Positions 41,118-46,776 of a stretch of DNA of 46,776 nucleotides are shown here, piece by piece. Made by a program: the position numbers and the translations under genes. The DNA comes from Nitrospinota bacterium (GTDB taxonomy: Bacteria > UBA8248): NCBI GenBank assembly GCA_046581755.1, contig JAYGFR010000191.1, positions 1-46,776 on the forward strand. The letters are read 5' to 3'. The notes under the pieces are model-generated. The model did no database searches. It saw only the letters and a list, made by a program, of their open reading frames with translations, and was not told where the DNA came from. Numbering within the stretch: position 1 is the stretch's first letter; each line of letters opens with the position of its first letter.

Positions 41118-41352
41118 TTGGAAGTGGAGGAGCGTCGCCTGGCCCGCGCGGACCAATTCCCACCGCCCCCATGGCGGAGGCGTTTCTTTCTCGTTGATGG
41201 CTTTTGGGCCAGGTGATATCTTCAAAGGGCGTTATCGTGCATCGCTTCCAACGCGCCGCTCGAATTATGGCCGGCGCGCGCGGCTTTGGCGCACAGGAGG
41301 ATTCTAAATTTTCCTCCGGGTCCGCGAGGTTTGAATTTCCGGGAGCTTCCAG

Positions 41353-41559
41353 ATGAAGCAGTATGGTTTCGAAACCTTCGGGCAGAAGAAACCAAGCCTG
41401 ATGAAAAGGTTGTTTTACGGAATTGTCCGCTTTGTCCTGGTGGGCGTTTTTCTTTATGTCGCCTATCTGGGATTCACCATGCGGAAATTCCCCGTGCCTT
41501 CAGGCTCCAAAACTCCGCCTCCCGCGCAGTCCGCCGCACCGGCGACGAAATCTTTTTAG
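41353..41559 (+). CDS. Small single-TM membrane protein
   Basis: GGAG RBS; one hydrophobic segment IVRFVLVGVFLYVAYLGF; Pro/Ala tail. Confidence 0.55.
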   Translation: MKQYGFETFGQKKPSLMKRLFYGIVRFVLVGVFLYVAYLGFTMRKFPVPSGSKTPPPAQSAAPATKSF

Positions 41560-41576
41560 GAATTTTCCGCCGGTTT

Positions 41577-43382
41577 TCAGCCAGGCCTGTTTTTGTCGTC
41601 CAGCAGTTTTTCCAAATCGTTGAGATTGAACGAGTCGGGAGCATCCGCCCTTTCGGGCGATAGCCTAAATTCCTCCTCGATTGGTTTTTCGGTGTGGCCC
41701 GAGGGGGAAATTTCTCCGACGCCGAAAGGGCGCTCGTCTTCCTGGGTGGAGGGAGATTGGAGAAAGGGGTTTTCTTCCGGCGGTCCGGCGATTTCGCCTC
41801 CCTTGAATTTCGACATGGACAGAACGTCTTCTTGCTGTTCCATGATGGATTTTTTGTCGGACGGATCAAAATCGAACGTGTTCAAATTTTGTAGGTCATC
41901 GGCCTCATCCATGAACGAACTGGTGTCGATGTCCGGATCGGGAAGAGGGGGAGCGGGCTCTTCCGGATCGTCCAGTTCGAGAACCTCGTCCTCGGCATCC
42001 AGGGTTAAATCGACCGGATCGCTTTCCGGAACAACGGGCGGCGGGGCCGGTACCGGGGGGGCGGCGGAGGCTTCCGGCCTGGGCGGGGCGGGAGCCAGGT
42101 CCCTCTTCGGGCCGGGCGCCAGTCCAAGTTGGCCGAGCATGGCAACCGCCAGGGCCTCCTCGCCGGTCTCGCGTGTGAAGTTTTTGTGCTGGCCCAGAAA
42201 ATCGGCAATTTCGAAGTAGGATCCGCCCGCGAGAAAAAATATATCGGCCGGCTTGGCCAGGAGTTCCTGAAGGGCGCCCAGGAACCCGGCGTGCAAAAAG
42301 GCCTTGGTGGAATTTTCGAATTCAAAATTATCGGTGGGTGCGTTTTGCCCGCTCATTCTCAGGCCGGGCACCCCCTGAAGGACGGACGGGCTTTGCTTCG
42401 ACAGACCTTGGGCCAGAATGCCGAGAAAGCGCTTGCGGGTTTCGAGTTCCTCGAGATGGCCGGTGGTCGATGGGGAAGATGCCCTATCCACCAGGTGTTT
42501 TTCGTGGAGCTTCCGCAGGAGCTGGATCGATTTCCGTACGTAATTCAGAAAAACATCCGTCGCCAGGACAAAGGAGCCGTCCGAGGCGACAAGAAACGCC
42601 GCGCAGTTCTGGCCCCATGGGTCCTGGCAGCGGACCGCGCCGCCACCCCGGATATATTTCATCAGCCGCTCGATCGCGGCGGGAAGCGGTTTCCTGGGAG
42701 GAGACGCGGCCCGGGCCGGCCCTCCGTTGGTTCGGAGCTTTAAGGCCGCGCGTGCGGGAATCTCCATCCCCACGTCCGATTCGATGGCTTTTAAAAATGG
42801 ATCGCCCAGTCTTGTCCGCCCTTCCGGCGGAGCGGATTCGGGTGGCTCCCGCCGGAGGCGCGGCTGCGCCTTTTGCCTTCCCAAAAGAGATATCTGCTCC
42901 TCCTGAAGGATATCGTCCACCCGCTCCGGCGGGAGGGCTGCGGGATTCCGGAAAGGCGCGGAGGGCTCCTCCGCCCGCGCGTCCCTGGCGGGCGAGGTCG
43001 GGCCCTGGAGGAGCGGCGGGGGCTCCCCCACGTCCATCATCCTCCTCACGGGCGGCTGGGGATCGGGGGGCCTGGCCAGAAGGGATATTTCCTCGGGATC
43101 GTTGGGATCGATTGAATGAACGGGCTCCGGGGTCTGCGGCTCATCCAGGATGAACGCACTTTCGGCGGCGGCGGGCGGAGTGTGAATCCGGTAGGGGAGA
43201 TACTCGGCCTGCTCCTCGTCCCCGCGCGCGGGGGGAATGTCCTGCTGGCAGAGCTCGCGCTCAGCATCCTTGAGGATTTGGATGCTCTTATCGATGCTGT
43301 CGCGCGAGGCTTCGCGCTCCATGATTTGCTTATGAAGAAGAGCGAGAAGCTCTCCGCGCGAACCCTCAGACGACCGATCCAC
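41577..43382 (-). CDS. Hypothetical Pro-rich/acidic protein with N-terminal coiled coil
   Basis: 601-aa ORF with protein-like composition; no competing plausible ORF. Confidence 0.7.
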   Translation of the reverse strand: MDRSSEGSRGELLALLHKQIMEREASRDSIDKSIQILKDAERELCQQDIPPARGDEEQAEYLPYRIHTPPAAAESAFILDEPQTPEPVHSIDPNDPEEISLLARPPDPQPPVRRMMDVGEPPPLLQGPTSPARDARAEEPSAPFRNPAALPPERVDDILQEEQISLLGRQKAQPRLRREPPESAPPEGRTRLGDPFLKAIESDVGMEIPARAALKLRTNGGPARAASPPRKPLPAAIERLMKYIRGGGAVRCQDPWGQNCAAFLVASDGSFVLATDVFLNYVRKSIQLLRKLHEKHLVDRASSPSTTGHLEELETRKRFLGILAQGLSKQSPSVLQGVPGLRMSGQNAPTDNFEFENSTKAFLHAGFLGALQELLAKPADIFFLAGGSYFEIADFLGQHKNFTRETGEEALAVAMLGQLGLAPGPKRDLAPAPPRPEASAAPPVPAPPPVVPESDPVDLTLDAEDEVLELDDPEEPAPPLPDPDIDTSSFMDEADDLQNLNTFDFDPSDKKSIMEQQEDVLSMSKFKGGEIAGPPEENPFLQSPSTQEDERPFGVGEISPSGHTEKPIEEEFRLSPERADAPDSFNLNDLEKLLDDKNRPG

Positions 43383-43647
43383 AGTCAGGTTTCACTCCCC
43401 ATCGAATCGTTCCGGCCGGGCCAGATGGTCCAAATATTCTCCCGCCGGATACCCATGTTACGCCAATCCCGGGCGAACCGCTCAGGCCCGGACAATTTAC
43501 CCTATAACATTGCTGAAATTCAAGGATTTGCGAGAATTTGTCCCCCTTGGGAGCAGGACCCGCTGTGGATATGTTGCGGTCTTTGGGAACTCGTGCCAAT
43601 TTGAGGACGAAATTTCCGCGTCTTCTTCCGATTAGAATGGAACCTCC

Positions 43648-46383
43648 GTGGCCAAGACACCGAAGAAAATTTATCTCATCGACGGCTCTGGCTATATGTT
43701 CCGGTCTTACTACGCCATGATGCGCCAGCGCCTCTCCAATTCGCGCGGGCTGCCCACGGGCGCGGTGATGGTCTTCGCCCGCATGATCCTCGGGGTCTTG
43801 CGCGATAAGGCCCCCGAGTTCGCCGCCGTCGCATTCGACCGGCCCGAGCCCACTTTCCGGCACGAGATGTACCCCGCCTACAAATCCAACCGCGACTCTC
43901 CTCCCGAGGATATGATCGCGCAGATTCCCTATATGGAGCGCGTCGTCAAGGTCCTGCGGATCCCCGTGCTCTCCCTCGCCGGGGCCGAGGCGGATGACCT
44001 GATGGGCTCCCTCGCCGGGTGCGCCGTCTCCCAGGGCTACGACGTCGTTCTCGTGACGGCCGACAAGGATTTCTCCCAGCTCGTATCAGATCGTGTCCGC
44101 ATCTGGGATCCGGTGAAGGACGTGAAGATCGGCCCCGCCGAGGTCGAGGCGCGCTGGGGGGTGCGCCCCGAAAAATTCGTGGATATCCAGGCGTTGATGG
44201 GCGATTCGTCAGATAATATTCCCGGCGTCCCCGGCATCGGCGAGAAGACGGCCGTTGCGCTGATCAACGAGTTCGGAAATCTCGAAAATGTGCTGGCTTC
44301 CGCCGATAAGATCAAGCGCCCCAAACAGCGCCAATCACTCGAAGACAACGCGGACCTCGCGCGTCTCTCGCGCGAGTTGGCCACCCTGAAGTGCGACATC
44401 CCGGTCGAAGAGGATATCGAGGGCTACCGTCTTGGGGATGCGGACATCGAGGCGGCGCAAAAGCTGTTCGTTGAAGAGCTCGAGTTCAAGAGCATCATGG
44501 AGCAGCTTCCGGGGTACAAGGGGGCGGCCGTTGAGGAAGCGGCCTCTCCGGCCGGCGCCACCCCCCTGGAGGAGGCATTGGCGCGCGACTACCAAATTGT
44601 CCGCACAAAAAAAGATTTGACCCGGATGATCCGCGAGCTGAAAAAAGCGGGCCGGTTCGCGTTCGATCTGGAGACCACCTCTCTCAACGCGCGTGCGGCG
44701 GAGATCGTTGGCCTGAGCTTTTCCGCCAAGGCGGGAAGGGCGTTCTACATTCCGGTCGGGCACACGGCCCTCGATGCCGGAAAACAGCTTCCTCTCCAGG
44801 AGACGCTCGAATCGCTTCGCGGCCTGCTCGAAGGAGATGGGTGCCAAAAGATCGCCCAGAACCTTAAATACGATATGACCGTGCTCTCCCGGGCCGGGGT
44901 GCGGGTGGGGGCGCCGATTTTCGACACCATGCTCTCTTCGTATCTCATCCAGTCGGGCCGCATCAGCCACGGGCTGGACAACCTCGCTCTGGAGTACCTG
45001 AACCTGACCACGATCAAGTTTGCGGATCTGTGCGGGAAGGGGGCCAAGGCGATTCCCTTCTCCGACGTTCCGGTCGAGGTTGCCGCCGCCTATGCCTGCC
45101 AGGACGCCGACTTCACCTTCCTCCTGGCCGAAAAGATGGCGCCCGAGCTTACCGAATTCGGGCTCGAAGAGCTGTTTCAGGCGATGGAGCTTCCCCTCCT
45201 CGGCGTGTTGTTCGAGATGGAGGAGAACGGCATCCGGCTGGACGGGGAATTTCTCGAAGGGATGGGAAAAGAGCTCGAATCGCGTCTGGAGTCGATGCAG
45301 ACGCTCATCTACGAGATTGCGGGCGAGGAGTTTAATATCAATTCGCCCAAGCAGCTTCGCGTCATCTTGTTCGACAAGCTGGGTCTTCCCGTTTTCAAGA
45401 AAACCAAGACCGGCCCCTCGACCGACATCGACACGATGGAGCGGCTGGCCGGTCGGCATCCGCTACCCCAGGAGATTCTGAATTTCCGCCAGCTCTCCAA
45501 GCTCAAAAACACCTACATCGACACCCTCCCGGGCCTTGCGGATCCCGAGAGCGGGCGTATCCACGCCAGCTTCAACCAGGCCGTCGTGGCGACGGGCCGC
45601 CTCAGCAGCTCGGATCCGAACCTGCAGAACATCCCCATCCGGACGGAACTGGGCCGTCAGATCCGGCGCGCGTTTCTTCCCGAGAAGGGCTGGAAGCTCC
45701 TCTCGGCCGACTACAGCCAAATCGAGCTCCGCGTCCTCGCCCACTTTACGGAAGACCCCAGCCTGGTCGCTGCCTTCGAAAAAGGAGAGGACATTCACGC
45801 GACCACGGGCTCGGCCATCTACGGCGTGAACGTGGAAGACGTGGATGCCGAGATGCGCCGGGTGGCCAAGGCCGTCAACTTCGGCATCGTGTACGGGCAG
45901 GGCGCTTTCGGCCTCTCCCAGACGCTGGGCATTCCCCAGGGCGAGGCCAAATCCTTCATCGAGACCTATTTCGAGCGCTTCGCCAGGGTTCCCGAATTCG
46001 TCCGCCAGACCATCGCCGAGGGCGAAGAGCGCGGCTACGTCACCACCCTGTTCCAACGCCGCCGCTACCTCCCCGACCTGAACAGCCGGAACCGCAACCT
46101 CCGCAACGCCGCCGAGCGCACCGCCGTCAATTCGGTCATCCAGGGCAGCGCCGCCGATATCATCAAGCGCGCCATGATTGCCATCTCCGGCCGCCTCAAA
46201 AAGGAAAAGCGCAAGGCGAGGATGCTCGTCCAGGTGCACGATGAACTGTTGTTCGAGGTGCCGCCGGGGGAGGTGGAGGCCGTGACGGCGCTCGTCGTCG
46301 GAGAGATGGAGGGCGCCGTGGAACTCCGAGTCCCCCTCGCCGTCGAATCGGCCACGGGCGCCAACTGGGGCGAGGTGCACTGA
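43648..46383 (+). CDS. polA: DNA polymerase I
   Basis: LIDGS, EADD, GDSSDNIPGVPGIGEKTA (5'-3' exo); FDLETT (3'-5' exo); TGRLSSSDPNLQNIP, DYSQIELR, AKAVNFGIVYG, QVHDEL. Confidence 0.98.
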   Translation: MAKTPKKIYLIDGSGYMFRSYYAMMRQRLSNSRGLPTGAVMVFARMILGVLRDKAPEFAAVAFDRPEPTFRHEMYPAYKSNRDSPPEDMIAQIPYMERVVKVLRIPVLSLAGAEADDLMGSLAGCAVSQGYDVVLVTADKDFSQLVSDRVRIWDPVKDVKIGPAEVEARWGVRPEKFVDIQALMGDSSDNIPGVPGIGEKTAVALINEFGNLENVLASADKIKRPKQRQSLEDNADLARLSRELATLKCDIPVEEDIEGYRLGDADIEAAQKLFVEELEFKSIMEQLPGYKGAAVEEAASPAGATPLEEALARDYQIVRTKKDLTRMIRELKKAGRFAFDLETTSLNARAAEIVGLSFSAKAGRAFYIPVGHTALDAGKQLPLQETLESLRGLLEGDGCQKIAQNLKYDMTVLSRAGVRVGAPIFDTMLSSYLIQSGRISHGLDNLALEYLNLTTIKFADLCGKGAKAIPFSDVPVEVAAAYACQDADFTFLLAEKMAPELTEFGLEELFQAMELPLLGVLFEMEENGIRLDGEFLEGMGKELESRLESMQTLIYEIAGEEFNINSPKQLRVILFDKLGLPVFKKTKTGPSTDIDTMERLAGRHPLPQEILNFRQLSKLKNTYIDTLPGLADPESGRIHASFNQAVVATGRLSSSDPNLQNIPIRTELGRQIRRAFLPEKGWKLLSADYSQIELRVLAHFTEDPSLVAAFEKGEDIHATTGSAIYGVNVEDVDAEMRRVAKAVNFGIVYGQGAFGLSQTLGIPQGEAKSFIETYFERFARVPEFVRQTIAEGEERGYVTTLFQRRRYLPDLNSRNRNLRNAAERTAVNSVIQGSAADIIKRAMIAISGRLKKEKRKARMLVQVHDELLFEVPPGEVEAVTALVVGEMEGAVELRVPLAVESATGANWGEVH

Positions 46384-46487
46384 GGCGCTCCCGGTTGCAT
46401 TTGCACGATTCAACCCTCTAGAATTGCCGCCAGTTTTGCCCGGGACGGATTCCGGGCGCTCCCCATATTCGAGAGTATGACTTCCCC

Positions 46488-46776
46488 ATGTCGAATCTGT
46501 ACGCCTTTGGCGACATTCACGGCCAGCGCGGGATGCTGGATATGCTGCTCGATAAAGTTCCCCTGGAAAAAGACGATGAGATCGTCTTCATCGGGGACTA
46601 CATCGACCGCGGGCCCGACTCGCGCGGGGTGGTGGAAGCCGTCCTGGAGTTCAAGCTCGCCTATCCAAACACGACCTGCCTCCGGGGAAACCATGAGGAC
46701 ATGTTCCTCGACTACATCAAGGCGGAAGAAAATTACCCCCGGGGCATCTTCACCATGAACGGGGGCGTGGAGACGC
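46488..46776 (+). CDS. Metallophosphoesterase (Ser/Thr protein phosphatase, PrpA/ApaH-like), 3' partial
   Basis: Manual translation MSNLYAFGDIHG...GDYIDRGPDS...LRGNHE. Confidence 0.9.
   Translation, partial: MSNLYAFGDIHGQRGMLDMLLDKVPLEKDDEIVFIGDYIDRGPDSRGVVEAVLEFKLAYPNTTCLRGNHEDMFLDYIKAEENYPRGIFTMNGGVET

Overview
GC-rich bacterial chromosomal segment; the gene style suggests a Deltaproteobacteria/Nitrospinota/Tectomicrobia-like lineage, but that is inference only. Most of the window is housekeeping and metabolic: an SDR/MaoC/acyl-CoA ligase cluster, cysE-iscS-iscU, folD-xseA-xseB-ispA-dxs-tlyA, comB-like, ogt, nth-like, SLT, HAD, rlmN, an enolase-superfamily enzyme, PaaI, acnA, Zn-ADH, TauE, an amidohydrolase, polA and a partial metallophosphatase. 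The main candidate novel system (33.6-38.2 kb) has three genes: a peptidase-containing ABC transporter with two intact N-terminal cNMP-binding domains, a PpiC/SurA-like foldase, and a convergent 65-aa double-glycine-leader peptide with a strongly cationic, aromatic, Cys-free core. The peptide's predicted sigma70 promoter overlaps a perfect 32-bp palindrome. Other notable items: a ~245-bp dispersed non-coding repeat in two inverted copies with a long internal stem, an internally deleted IS256-like element, a phage tail-fibre-like orphan gene, a frameshifted SelA-like PLP enzyme preceded by a fumarase 5' scar, and an aminopeptidase remnant. No rRNA, tRNA or CRISPR array was seen. All homology calls are from motif recognition, not database searches.
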